From a virus, in IMG/VR virus record IMGVR_UViG_3300044736_000098, positions 2,402-66,401 of that record: a DNA stretch of 64,000 nucleotides, one strand, 5' to 3'. Made by a program: the position numbers and the translations under genes. Under the pieces are notes generated by a model. The model saw nothing but the letters and a program-made list of their open reading frames with translations. It ran no database searches and had not been told where the DNA came from. Position 1 is the first letter of the stretch, and each line of letters opens with the position of its first letter. Positions 38,908 through 48,894 of the stretch are shown in pieces.

Positions 38908-39592
38908 TAAACCCCCTCCAGCGCTGTTCGAGCCGCTTCAAACTCAATCATCCATGTTGAGTAAAAGCGCCCAGCGGCACCGTCATGGGAGTGGTTTGGT
39001 GCGCCCTTGGAACGGGACACGCCGATCAGCGTAAGCGCCACTAGCGCGATAACAATCCAACCGCGGCGGCCGGGGGTCATTTCATCCATCCCGCGCCGAC
39101 GGCGAGCGCTTTCCAGTAGGGGAAATCTTCAACCGTCGTTGACCAGTCGAATGCATCGCACAGCGCCCCATCCGGCGCCGTAACTGGTGGGGCACGTCGT
39201 CTCTCCAATGATCGAACGTGCCGGGAGACCACGCAATCACTGCTTCCGCAATCCGTGTCACCCTCGCACCTGTCGTTCCAGATCGCGAATGATTCGGTTA
39301 ACCGGCCGCGTGAGTTTCTTGCCCCTGTAGAATTCGAGCATCGCAGAGTCGACCACAACACGACGCGGCAAACCGAAGTGCGATGCGTTGTTCGCAAGGA
39401 TTGCTTTCGCCGCTGCCTCTCGGGCACCATTAGCTTGCGCCTTGCGGCCCGCGAGGTTGGCGTTTTGGTTGGCGATCGCCGCCGCCTTTTCGCGCCACTC
39501 GGGCAGGCGCCGCGCTGCTTTCCAGGTATTGCGCACGTGGCCGCGATACGAAGTCGCTGCGCGTGGTCCCTTGGTTTTGACTGGTGCGTGCA

Positions 39593-40339
39593 TCACGCCG
39601 CCGCCTTTGGTGCAACAAGTTTCCACTTCCTGCACTTCGCGATCGCAAGCATGTGCGCGACGATCAGCAACGACTCGTCACCGATCGGCGTTCCTTTCCT
39701 GGTGCGCTTCCAATGCGCAATTGCCTCTTTCGGATCCAGGTTACGACAACCGGCTTTGACGCGTGGACCTTCCTCAGGGAAATTGGTCAATAAGAAGCGA
39801 TATCCATCTGATCGCAACCCACCATCAATGATCGGCTGGCCGTCGAGGTTGGCGCCGTCGAGGTTGGCGCCGTCGAGGTTGGCGCGTGTGAGGTTGGCGC
39901 CGTCGAGGTTGGCGCCGTCGAGGTTGGCGCGTGTGAGGTTGGCGCCGTCGAGGTTGGCGCGTGTGAGGTTGGCGCCGTAGAGGTTGGCGCGTGTGAGGTT
40001 GGCGCGTGTGAGGTTGGCGCCGTAGAGGTTGGCGCGTGTGAGGTTGGCGCGTGTGAGGTTGGCGCCGTCGAGGTTGGCGCGTGTGAGGTTGGCGCGTGTG
40101 AGGTTGGCGCCGTCGAGGTTGGCGCGTGTGAGGTTGGCGCCGTCGAGGTTGGCGCGTGTGAGGTTGGCGCCGTAGAGGTTGGCGCCGTCGAGGTTGGCGC
40201 CGTCGAGGTTGGCTGAATTTTCTTTCGCCCAACGAACCGCCAGGCCCATCTTGATCGACGGTAACGCATCGTCCGCGCAATCAATCTCCGCAGTGAATTG
40301 CATTTCACCCGACCAGCGATTCAATACATTGAATTTCAT
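39593..40339 (-). CDS. Pentapeptide repeat protein
   Basis: 25 ANLxx repeats; C-terminal R.DGY.F...AGCR. Confidence 0.92.
   Translation of the reverse strand: MKFNVLNRWSGEMQFTAEIDCADDALPSIKMGLAVRWAKENSANLDGANLDGANLYGANLTRANLDGANLTRANLDGANLTRANLTRANLDGANLTRANLTRANLYGANLTRANLTRANLYGANLTRANLDGANLTRANLDGANLDGANLTRANLDGANLDGANLDGQPIIDGGLRSDGYRFLLTNFPEEGPRVKAGCRNLDPKEAIAHWKRTRKGTPIGDESLLIVAHMLAIAKCRKWKLVAPKAAA
39839..40213. repeat. 15-bp tandem repeat x25 (three unit variants)
   Basis: GCCAACCTC followed by GACGGC, TACGGC or ACACGC on the minus strand. Confidence 0.95.
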
Positions 40340-40387
40340 GGCACGTTCCTCTGTTCTAGTGTCAACCTACAACCGATTTGCAAAAAG

Positions 40388-40828
40388 TCAACAGCTAAAT
40401 ACAGGCAAGCCGTCCACGGTCACCGTATCGTCGTCCATGCCTACAGCGGAAGGGTCGCAGTCGCAGAGGTCGCAAGTGGTTTCGACAATCCAATTCCACC
40501 TTTCCGACCGGCTACAGAGCGCGCCGGCAACCGTCGAGCCATCCAGGCGGCGGAGCGTGACGCGCCGCTCGTTGTATTCGGCGCCGCGCAGTAACTCAGC
40601 GGACGGGGCGCGCAGGGGCGTCACGTTTGAAGCGGTCGGCACGGACTTCGACGTCGTTATCCAATCCGAAAAACTGCGCTCTGCACTTTCCATGGGTAGC
40701 GCGCCCCGCTCTTGCTTCCTCAACGTCTCCACCGCAGCCGTTACCGCGAGCTGGTGCTGCAGGGACACGCCGGACCAGTCCAGCGCGGCGATGCGATCTG
40801 CGAGAGTGCTATTCGAGAGGGCGGTCAT
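40388..40828 (-). CDS. Hypothetical protein
   Basis: 146-aa ORF in operon. Confidence 0.5.
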   Translation of the reverse strand: MTALSNSTLADRIAALDWSGVSLQHQLAVTAAVETLRKQERGALPMESAERSFSDWITTSKSVPTASNVTPLRAPSAELLRGAEYNERRVTLRRLDGSTVAGALCSRSERWNWIVETTCDLCDCDPSAVGMDDDTVTVDGLPVFSC

Positions 40829-40829
40829 A

Positions 40830-41042
40830 TCAGGCGCTCCGAGTCTTGTAGCCCTTGCGGCTCATTTCGAACTGTTGTTTGCGCGTCTTTGTTAGAACAC
40901 CTGTCTCAATGAATTCAAAACCGTGCGACGCCGACGTGTGACCAAACGTTTCGAGCCATCCGTGTAGGCGCTCCGCTGCCTTGTCCATGGATTCAACATC
41001 GTCTGTTTTGATAACCACCAAAAGCGAATGCGTCTTGGTCAC
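40830..41042 (-). CDS. Hypothetical protein
   Basis: GGAGG SD. Confidence 0.5.
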   Translation of the reverse strand: MTKTHSLLVVIKTDDVESMDKAAERLHGWLETFGHTSASHGFEFIETGVLTKTRKQQFEMSRKGYKTRSA

Positions 41043-41205
41043 TTCACTTCCTCCACATTGTAGACTTCGCGAGCGACCAATCGCGGCTTGCCGCGGACGC
41101 GCAAGATGCGAGTATCCAATTCCCGATGGATGCGAACGGCGCCTTTCGCTTCAAGGCGTCGCGCTCGCGCCTTCTCGGCGGACGTCGTTGCGGTATAGGA
41201 GACGG

Positions 41206-41499
41206 TCATGGCGAAACTCCTGCGGCTTTAAGCGCGCCGGCCGCAAGAGCCTTCGCCGAGACACTGGCCGCAGTTGCGTGTATCTGGCGCAGCGCGCAAA
41301 TCATCGCCCAAAACTCCGGATCGCGTTCCCGACCCCACTGCACCTTATAATCGGCGGCGAGCTGGCGCTGCTCTTTCGGCGTGATGACGGTTTGCCGCTC
41401 CCCATTGCGTGCATAGGATACGGTCCCTGCTCGGGCGTAAACCCAATTTGGGCCGAAGCGCTCGGTAGTGAATTCGCCAAATGACTTTTGCTGTAGCAC
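41206..41499 (-). CDS. Hypothetical protein
   Basis: GTG after GGAG, downstream of repeated promoter at 41547. Confidence 0.5.
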   Translation of the reverse strand: MLQQKSFGEFTTERFGPNWVYARAGTVSYARNGERQTVITPKEQRQLAADYKVQWGRERDPEFWAMICALRQIHATAASVSAKALAAGALKAAGVSP

Positions 41500-41574
41500 A
41501 CCAAGCTCCCTTGTTTGTCCCGTTAACTTACTGCCAATTTGTCGTAAGTCAACAGATATTTGAAGTATCACGGG

Positions 41575-41890
41575 GATGTGAGCGGTTCAATTATGTGTTG
41601 AATTTTGGAGCAAAAAGTATTCAACCGTTCCACAATGTGACATTCAGTCGTTTCTATCGTTGATTCAGTAAGTTACGATTTCCAAAAAGCCTTCGGGAAT
41701 ATTGAACTTTGAAAAATAAACATTTTTGGAAATCATCTCAGAAGGGCTGTCAACACGTAATTGAACCAGTGGTGTGAGCGCCAGAAAATGTTATTGAAAA
41801 TACCCCAAAAAAAGTTCAATGTTTCATGTCGTTGATATTACTAACGAAACGACTGAAACATTTTTGATAAAACTATTCAGTGGCTAGGTA
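41575..41890. other. AT-rich non-coding island with interleaved inverted repeats (candidate origin)
   Basis: Four IR pairs; near primase/VapE gene. Confidence 0.55.
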
Positions 41891-41893
41891 TTT

Positions 41894-42580
41894 TCAACAT
41901 ATAAGTGATATTTCAGGTAAAACAGCGTTAATTGATTTCAATTTCATGTTGATACGATCTTGTCGCCGTTGGTCTCTTCGAGCGCGCACTTCTGCTCGAT
42001 GTTGGCGCTTTGCTATCTTTTTTGCCTTGCGAGCCGCTAACGCAGCCATAGCGCGTTCGTGCCGCTCCGGTGTCCATTTATGACCGCTCCGACATGCGCG
42101 CCGTGCTTTCGACTCGGCCGAATGTTTCCGACCTTTGCTCGCCGCTCCAATCTTCGCGCGGGTCTCGGGCGTTCGTTTCAAGCCCCTGTGTTTCGCGGCA
42201 CGACGCTCCACTGATTCTCGCGGATGCACAAGACCAAGAGCGCCTTGACCGCCATTGGTCGTGTTCGCACAGAGCGGCCAGAGCAATCGCAGCGTGGCTA
42301 TCCAATAGCGTTCGCGCTCTGCCCAATCCTTGTCCGTCGGCACGGTCTCCATGATTTGAACGCAAATGTGCTTACCGCAGCCACGTATCCACGCAGCAAT
42401 TGCGCGGTGCGGGTGTTTAACGGCTGTGGCGTAGTGTTCCACGAGGCGTTTTTCTGCAGAGAATATCGTCTTGCCGCAATAGAACGGATACCCGTTCGAC
42501 CAGCCGTTGGCGATCGTCTCGGGACGCGTGTCGACGAGCCAATAGATAGTTGTGGGGAGTGTGTTGGGCTGGCGGGGCAT
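41894..42580 (-). CDS. GIY-YIG homing endonuclease with NUMOD3 repeats
   Basis: IYWL.D..., YCGKT, RL.EH, ERE.YWI, N...GG.G, ETRAKIG.A.KGRKHS.E. Confidence 0.85.
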   Translation of the reverse strand: MPRQPNTLPTTIYWLVDTRPETIANGWSNGYPFYCGKTIFSAEKRLVEHYATAVKHPHRAIAAWIRGCGKHICVQIMETVPTDKDWAERERYWIATLRLLWPLCANTTNGGQGALGLVHPRESVERRAAKHRGLKRTPETRAKIGAASKGRKHSAESKARRACRSGHKWTPERHERAMAALAARKAKKIAKRQHRAEVRARRDQRRQDRINMKLKSINAVLPEISLIC

Positions 42581-42684
42581 GCGAGGAAGGTACAGGGTAT
42601 TTGCAAAAAGTCAACAAAAACGGGCGTATCTAGCAAAATTCATCGGCATCCGCTACAACCCCACGTCGAACGGAAGGAAACAGC

Positions 42685-42963
42685 ATGCGCGCCGTACTTC
42701 CTTTACTCCTTCTCCTACTGCCCTTCACGGCCTCGGCAGCCACGCCCAACGAAACGGCGTGCATCTTGAAAGCCGCCGAGACGCTGCCGCGCATACCAGG
42801 CTTGGAAATCAAAAACAGCAAGGCGGCACCCGCCTCCGAGTGGATTCGAGTGGAACTGGAAATCGCAGCCGCCGGCCAGACTGAGACGTACAGTTACCTG
42901 TGCGCAACGTGCCGCCGCAAAGCACGTCAACGCGTCCGAGTCGCGAGGTGCGGACCTTGGTAA
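42685..42963 (+). CDS. Secreted protein, probably 3'-truncated (moron remnant)
   Basis: Signal peptide MRAVLPLLLLLLPFTASA; runs into the MTase remnant. Confidence 0.5.
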   Translation: MRAVLPLLLLLLPFTASAATPNETACILKAAETLPRIPGLEIKNSKAAPASEWIRVELEIAAAGQTETYSYLCATCRRKARQRVRVARCGPW

Positions 42964-43207
42964 AATCGCCGTGGTTCGTCACTCGGGGGTAGTGGTGGCG
43001 CAACACAGCGGACGGAAACGGTTCAATCTCGGCGAAACCTACCGACCGCCAGCCGAGCGGTGTCCACGCAACGCTTGCGGCCTCGATGCCGCTGCAGACG
43101 GAAAAGAAGCGGATATCTGATCCAAAGAGGGACCACGTAGCGTCTTGGAGGGACGTACCTTGGTAGAGGACGTTGCGGCCGCGCCGAGTAGTGATGAGGA
43201 CGTTCAC
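42908..43207 (-). pseudogene. Truncated C5-cytosine DNA methyltransferase
   Basis: FSVCSGIEAA, EIEPFP, GDF, DVLCGGT, then loss of homology right before catalytic PCQ. Confidence 0.85.
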
Positions 43208-45855
43208 TGGTGTGCCTTGCTAATCCCAACCAACGGCCGCCCGTGGCTGTCCGACCCAACGGTGTAGCGCACACCAAGCCGGGGAATATCAGCGATGTGC
43301 GCAATGGCGCCGCGCACCCAAACCGCCGCGCGTTTGCCGTGTATGGTCGTTTTCTCCTGGCGAAAGCCCATGCGCTTCATGATCGCGCCGCGGGCACTGG
43401 TGGCGCCGCCGTTACGCCAGCCGCACAGACTGGCGAGCTGCACCAGGTCGGCCGCTGTGATGTAGGACAGTGCGGCGGTGTGCTCAGCCGGCGCGAACCA
43501 ATCGGCAAGCAGGACTTCCATATCCGTAGCGGAGCGTGCGGCCTCTTGGTGCTCTGTAGCGGTTCCCCAAACACTGCGGGGCAGTGCGAAGTCGTGGCCA
43601 GCCGCCTCAAGGGTCGCAGCCTCGCCAATGATTTGCCGAATGTGTTCGGAAAGCCAAGCCAAGTTTAACTCGCCAGGCATGGCGACGGGCAGGAAGCGGC
43701 GGTTGCCTGTCGGATCCTGCAGCGGTTCGTCGCCATTGACCGTGCCCAGGAAGATGTTACGGCGAGGGCGATTGGACACCGAACGCGCATAGGCGGTGCG
43801 GCCGCGATCGATCTGCCTGGAAAGCATGGCCTTCACGTGATCAACGTTGGCGCTGTTGCGCTGTCCCATCTCGCCAATTTCAACGAGGCATTTGCCGGCA
43901 AGCGAAAGCACAAGCTCTTTACTGGCGTCGCCGAGCAACACCTCGTCGGAGAACCAAGCCGTGCTGCATCGGGCGAGTTGCGAGAGGGATGACGTACCCA
44001 TATCGGCAATGATGGTCGCAATGGTGCTTTTACCAGTGCCTTGCGGGCCGAAAAATACCGCCATGTAATCGTGTTTGCAGCCGGGCTGCCGAATGCGTCG
44101 AACCATACCGCCGATGATGTTGCGGGACACGGCCTGGTGATACGGATCGCACGGGGTGCCGGCTGTATGCGAAAGCCACGTAGAGAGACGCGGCGTACCG
44201 TCCCACTCCGCCTGCAGGGAAGCGAGAAGATCGCAGGCGGGATCGACTGAGTTGGTGTACGCGATGCTTTCCAGTGATTCCCAAAAGAACCGATCTGCTG
44301 GCCGGAATCGAATTTCGGTTCGGTTACCGCGCGTGCGCAGCTTGGATATCACGCTGTCGTCAACAAAAGTCCAATCGGCCCAGCGCAGTTCGTCATCCAC
44401 GCCGCCTTTGATCTCCATCCGTTCGAGCCACAGATTCCAGCGTATCTCTAAAGAGAGTTGGGCCAGGAAAACGATGCAGTTGTCGGAATTGTCGTGCTGA
44501 ATTTCGCCTTTGTGGTCGCGTTTCCAGTCGTCGATGGTGACGAAAGCGCGCTCTACCTTATTGGAAAAGGCGTTGCCGGCGTTCTTTATCTTCCCGTCCG
44601 GCAGCGTGCGGCCCAGGCTACGGACGCGGCGGCAGACAGTCTCGAAAATATCGGGATGCACGTTCTGCAAAATACCTAAAACGTCGATCACGCGAGTGGG
44701 GACAAACTTCTGCGGCGGCTCCGCCAGGCTAATGACGCGGGATATGGCGTCATTGAGAAGCGAGTAAAGGCCGTGGGCGTTGAGGGACGGCGGGAGCGTG
44801 GGCACGTCGTCGGAAAGCGGGCGGGAGGGCGCGTCGGACGTGGCGGATAGGAACTCTTGGAGGATGGCTTCGCCGTATTCGGCTTGCTTTTCGCCGCGGC
44901 CGAGCATGGGAACGCCTGCGGTAAGCGGGAGAATAGGGGCACCGGAAAGGGTTGCACCGGCCGCCGCTGCTATCTGCGCAACGCCATCGAACATTGCAGT
45001 GGTAGATTTGCGGACGGTTCCGCGCCAGCCGAGCGAGTGGGCGCGTGCAAGAAAGGAGTTGAGGGTGACGGAATCGGAGGTGGGGTCGGTGGCGAAGGAT
45101 TGCCATTTGTTCGCGGCCACCTCAGGCGTCACGGTGTTGTCGTGGCATATCTCCCACAGATCAAAACCAGCGTCGCCCTGGTCAACGCGAAGTGCCATGC
45201 CGATCTGGCACCAGTCCTCATAGCTGGAAAAAGCGTCGTGCTCGGCGAGCCACGTCAAGAGCGCAGCGACGTCGCCCTGGTCGCGGCTGCCGGGCGGTGT
45301 TGCCGTAGAGCGCGGCGAAAGGGATCGCGTACAGTGTGCAAGCAGCGCGTCAGGGCAGGGATGGGGCGGCTCGGCGTCGGGAAAGAGGCTGTAAGAGCGG
45401 CCTTCAAAAGTGCTGCCGGCGGCGACCGTGTATCCTACGGCGCGAATGTTGATACGCTTTTTGATCGCGTCCGGCTGTCTGAGTTGGGACGCGTCAACGT
45501 GCGGAGGGAGCGCAAAATAGACGTGCCATCCGCCCGACGGGGATTCCAAATGCGGCGTAAAAGGTACGGGAACGCCCCACGTGTTGCATAATTCGACCCA
45601 AAGGCGCCACGCTTCGTTGCGGTCGCCACTGGTGTCGATGTCAACGATTATCCAGCGCGAGGCGAATGCGACTACGCCGAAGTTGCAATCGGGATGGCTA
45701 GAGCGCCATGCGGACCAAACGGCGGGGGCCGTGCTGAAATCGTGTTTAAAGGAGCCTACAATTCCGGTTGGCGCCTTGCTGCCGGCAGGCATTGGAAAAA
45801 GTGCCGCCCCGTTGGCGGCGTAATACGCGAGGTCGGTGGACAGGGCAGTGTCCAT
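43204..45855 (-). CDS. Bifunctional primase-polymerase / PriCT-2 / VapE-like helicase
   Basis: VDID, SGGWHVYF, Y..W..IGMAL, GPQGTGKS, DPTGNRRF. Confidence 0.92.
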   Translation of the reverse strand: MDTALSTDLAYYAANGAALFPMPAGSKAPTGIVGSFKHDFSTAPAVWSAWRSSHPDCNFGVVAFASRWIIVDIDTSGDRNEAWRLWVELCNTWGVPVPFTPHLESPSGGWHVYFALPPHVDASQLRQPDAIKKRINIRAVGYTVAAGSTFEGRSYSLFPDAEPPHPCPDALLAHCTRSLSPRSTATPPGSRDQGDVAALLTWLAEHDAFSSYEDWCQIGMALRVDQGDAGFDLWEICHDNTVTPEVAANKWQSFATDPTSDSVTLNSFLARAHSLGWRGTVRKSTTAMFDGVAQIAAAAGATLSGAPILPLTAGVPMLGRGEKQAEYGEAILQEFLSATSDAPSRPLSDDVPTLPPSLNAHGLYSLLNDAISRVISLAEPPQKFVPTRVIDVLGILQNVHPDIFETVCRRVRSLGRTLPDGKIKNAGNAFSNKVERAFVTIDDWKRDHKGEIQHDNSDNCIVFLAQLSLEIRWNLWLERMEIKGGVDDELRWADWTFVDDSVISKLRTRGNRTEIRFRPADRFFWESLESIAYTNSVDPACDLLASLQAEWDGTPRLSTWLSHTAGTPCDPYHQAVSRNIIGGMVRRIRQPGCKHDYMAVFFGPQGTGKSTIATIIADMGTSSLSQLARCSTAWFSDEVLLGDASKELVLSLAGKCLVEIGEMGQRNSANVDHVKAMLSRQIDRGRTAYARSVSNRPRRNIFLGTVNGDEPLQDPTGNRRFLPVAMPGELNLAWLSEHIRQIIGEAATLEAAGHDFALPRSVWGTATEHQEAARSATDMEVLLADWFAPAEHTAALSYITAADLVQLASLCGWRNGGATSARGAIMKRMGFRQEKTTIHGKRAAVWVRGAIAHIADIPRLGVRYTVGSDSHGRPLVGISKAHQ

Positions 45856-47108
45856 TAAGCGGCCACCCGCCCAAGAGAGAGGCGCAGCGACGTGTTGTGG
45901 CGAATGCGAGCGGCGGCCATGGTCGTGTAGGCAGGATTGAGTTCGATCAAAAGGGCATTGCGTTGCAGAGAGTTGGCAACGAGCGCCGTGGTACCGGCGC
46001 CGCCGAACGGGTCGAGTACAGTACCGCCGATCGGACAGCCCGCCAAGATGCATGGCCGTACCAGGTCCGGCGGGAACGTGGCGAAATGCACGCCTTTGAA
46101 TGGGCGGGTGGCAATCGACCAGACGGAACGGGGCTGGCGAAGCGTGGCGGGTTCGTTCTCCGGATCAAAGAAACGGTCGTTGAACCCCGTATACTGGCGA
46201 TTGCCAGTGCCGTCCTGCGTATGCTTGCGCGCCAGTGACGTAATGCTTTCGTTCGGCCGCCGTGAACCCTTGGTGACGCCTGCGGCCTCGTAAGCGTCCG
46301 ATTTGTCGCCGCCCGCTTGTTCGCCGGATAGGGCGCGCGGTTGTGCATAGCGACGCTTGCTTGACTCGGCAACTGGCTCCTTTATCGCCTCCATATCGTA
46401 GTAATATCGCGCGCTGCGAGAGAACATATACAGCATCTCGTGCGCGGGCGTCGTGCGATCGGTGACGGACACCGGCATGGGATTCGGCTTGTGCCAAATG
46501 ATTTCGTCGCGCAGCCACCAGCCGTCGGCTTGCAGGGCGAGCGCTACGCGTGCGGGTATCATGAGGCGCTGCTTGTCTGCTAAGCCGGGATTGGTTTTAC
46601 CGCGCCCAACACCCGTAGCGCCGTGAAGTCCTTTTGCGTGCTTGCCGCCAGTCGAGCCGCCCCACTTACTGCCTGCGGCATACGAGTCGCCGAGATTGAG
46701 CCATAACGTCCCATCCGCCCGCAACACCCTTCGGCACTCGCGAAACACAGCAACCAGCTCCGCCACATATGCGTCTGGCGTGGCTTCAAGGCCAATTTGC
46801 AGGTCGGTATGCACGGCACCGCATTTGCACGTACCACCCTCGCGCCAACGTCCATTTTTCAAATGCTCTTTATTCGCTTCGCCTGCCGCTATGAACGCAC
46901 CGGACGATGAAACGGCTGCGGTTTGCGTGGTGTAGTAGCGCTCCGAACCTTCGTGATTACAAGTCGGGTCCCCGCCGAACCATTTCGCGGTTCCATAGTT
47001 TCTTAAGCCAAAGTAAGGCGGGGACGTGACGACGCAATGCACGCTATTGCTGGCCACGGAAGCAAGCCGCGTTCGCACGTCACCAACTAGGATGCGCGTT
47101 GTGGTCAT
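45855..47108 (-). CDS. DNA methyltransferase (N4C/N6A, beta class)
   Basis: VTSPPY, H.A.FP, LDPFGGAGTT. Confidence 0.92.
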   Translation of the reverse strand: MTTTRILVGDVRTRLASVASNSVHCVVTSPPYFGLRNYGTAKWFGGDPTCNHEGSERYYTTQTAAVSSSGAFIAAGEANKEHLKNGRWREGGTCKCGAVHTDLQIGLEATPDAYVAELVAVFRECRRVLRADGTLWLNLGDSYAAGSKWGGSTGGKHAKGLHGATGVGRGKTNPGLADKQRLMIPARVALALQADGWWLRDEIIWHKPNPMPVSVTDRTTPAHEMLYMFSRSARYYYDMEAIKEPVAESSKRRYAQPRALSGEQAGGDKSDAYEAAGVTKGSRRPNESITSLARKHTQDGTGNRQYTGFNDRFFDPENEPATLRQPRSVWSIATRPFKGVHFATFPPDLVRPCILAGCPIGGTVLDPFGGAGTTALVANSLQRNALLIELNPAYTTMAAARIRHNTSLRLSLGRVAA

Positions 47109-47896
47109 GCGGCCAGCCTCTCGCGTATCCTGGCGGCACGCTCCAACCCTGCCACCAACGGCGCCAGCCACACCTTCGAAATGCGTTCCTGCGCAATAGC
47201 AAAGTAAGTCGGATCGCGCTCAATGCCGATGAAACGGCGGCCGGTTTGGAGGGCAGCCACGCCAGTGGTGCCGGACCCCATCGTATTGTCCAAGACGGTA
47301 TCGCCGGGGTTGGTGTAGGTCCGGATCAGGTATTCCATCAGCGCGACGGGTTTTTGAGTGGGATGGAGTCCAAGTTCCAGTTTGTTGTCACCCGGTATCG
47401 GTAAGACGCTGCATGGGTTGTGTTGTCCGAGATTAACTCCAATCCGGGTTACAGTCGCATCAACGTCGCCAACGTGCTCGCCGTGTCCTCTCGTGCGTTT
47501 GACGTTGTACGCCTTACCCTCGCGCCACTGCTTGTTGTAGGTTGGTAACGAACGATAGAATACGGCGACATCCTCGTGCCGCTTTAATGGCATGCGATTC
47601 GCGTTTAGAGCGCCTGTGTATTTATTGACCTTGTCCCATATCCACTCATATCGAAAATCCGTGTAGTTGCTGGCGATCAACGCTGTGGTAAACGGCTGCG
47701 ACGCCGTAAGCACAATCGCCGCGTTTGGCTTCGCTACTCTCCTGTACTCACGCCACAACGGCTCGAACGGAATCACCGAATCCCACGCACACGCAGTGGT
47801 CCCATACGGTAAATCCGCCAGCACAAGGTCCACGCTGCCCGCCTCAAGGCGCGCCATCACTTCCAAGCAGTCGCCTTGGTAAAGTTGGAGGGTCAC
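47105..47896 (-). CDS. DNA methyltransferase (beta class)
   Basis: DLPYG, HPTQKP, LDNTMGSGTTG. Confidence 0.92.
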   Translation of the reverse strand: MTLQLYQGDCLEVMARLEAGSVDLVLADLPYGTTACAWDSVIPFEPLWREYRRVAKPNAAIVLTASQPFTTALIASNYTDFRYEWIWDKVNKYTGALNANRMPLKRHEDVAVFYRSLPTYNKQWREGKAYNVKRTRGHGEHVGDVDATVTRIGVNLGQHNPCSVLPIPGDNKLELGLHPTQKPVALMEYLIRTYTNPGDTVLDNTMGSGTTGVAALQTGRRFIGIERDPTYFAIAQERISKVWLAPLVAGLERAARIRERLAA

Positions 47897-48519
47897 GCGC
47901 GAAGCGCCTGGATACGGGCGGCCCTAGCGAGGCCAGCAAGTAGGGGAGCAAGGTCCGGAGCGGGCGCGGCAGTCGGCAACGCAAGTCGCTCGTACCTGGT
48001 CACTGACGCGCTGCGCGGACCCCATACGGTCCACAGACAATTAAAATACGGCGAGCCGCTGCCCGTGAAATCCACCCGCCACGTCAACGCGTAAATCGCT
48101 TCGGGAACGCGACGATTCCACAATTTTGAACGGGCAGCGGCATGCCAAAGGTTGACGTTGAGCAACATGGCGATATGCGGCACATCAAGGTCAAGCGCGT
48201 GTTTGATGAAAGCCGTTACCAGTTTGCCGAACGGCGGGTTGGTGATTAGGGCGTCCGCGCGGCGCTTGCGTTCTGCTAAAAAATCAAGCCCGCCGGTCCC
48301 ATATCCGCGGTCAACAAGATCCGTGCCGATAACCCGGAAACCCGCGTTTTCCAGGGGTTTTGCGATTCCGCCGTCACCACACGCAGGCTCCCAAACTGTT
48401 CGCGGCCAATGAGCAAGGCGTGGAATCAATGCGACGGTCGGCTCTGGCGGCGTCGGATAAAAATCGTTTTCACGTCGTTCGCCGCCGTTGATAGCGGCCC
48501 GAATCATTCCGTGCGTCAT
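47893..48519 (-). CDS. SAM-dependent (N6A-type) methyltransferase
   Basis: DFYPTP, WEPACGDG, ITNPPF. Confidence 0.88.
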   Translation of the reverse strand: MTHGMIRAAINGGERRENDFYPTPPEPTVALIPRLAHWPRTVWEPACGDGGIAKPLENAGFRVIGTDLVDRGYGTGGLDFLAERKRRADALITNPPFGKLVTAFIKHALDLDVPHIAMLLNVNLWHAAARSKLWNRRVPEAIYALTWRVDFTGSGSPYFNCLWTVWGPRSASVTRYERLALPTAAPAPDLAPLLAGLARAARIQALRA

Positions 48520-48764
48520 CGGAGAGGCACCGGACAGGCAGGGAGCGCAACGGGACACGCCGGCAACGCAACCTCGCATCCCAACACCGCCGCCACTGCG
48601 GCGCTACAAGTCGCTTCCACTTGCACGCGCCACCCACCGCCCCGCTCCACTTGAAGCGATGCCTGCCAGCCCCAGCCGTCGCCGGGCAGAGCGGGATGCT
48701 TGGTGCGACAGATATTCAGCGCAACAAATTCGGTGCGGTCTAGGGCGTCGAGGGTGGGGAGCAT
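48516..48764 (-). CDS. Hypothetical protein (leaderless)
   Basis: ATG 6 nt after the -10 of the repeated promoter. Confidence 0.55.
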   Translation of the reverse strand: MLPTLDALDRTEFVALNICRTKHPALPGDGWGWQASLQVERGGGWRVQVEATCSAAVAAVLGCEVALPACPVALPACPVPLR

Positions 48765-48894
48765 TCGCCCAAACTACGGCAATTTTGTAAAAAGTCAACA
48801 GAAAGCGAAGCGATGTTGATAAATGAGGGACGTGGAAAAAGTCACAGGGTCGCGGCGGGACGCAACAGTTAGTGTCAACGGCGGCGGGCAGACA

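Noticed and set aside
39839-40213. CRISPR-like array
   Set aside because: Contiguous 15-bp in-frame coding repeats with no unique spacers, and no cas operon
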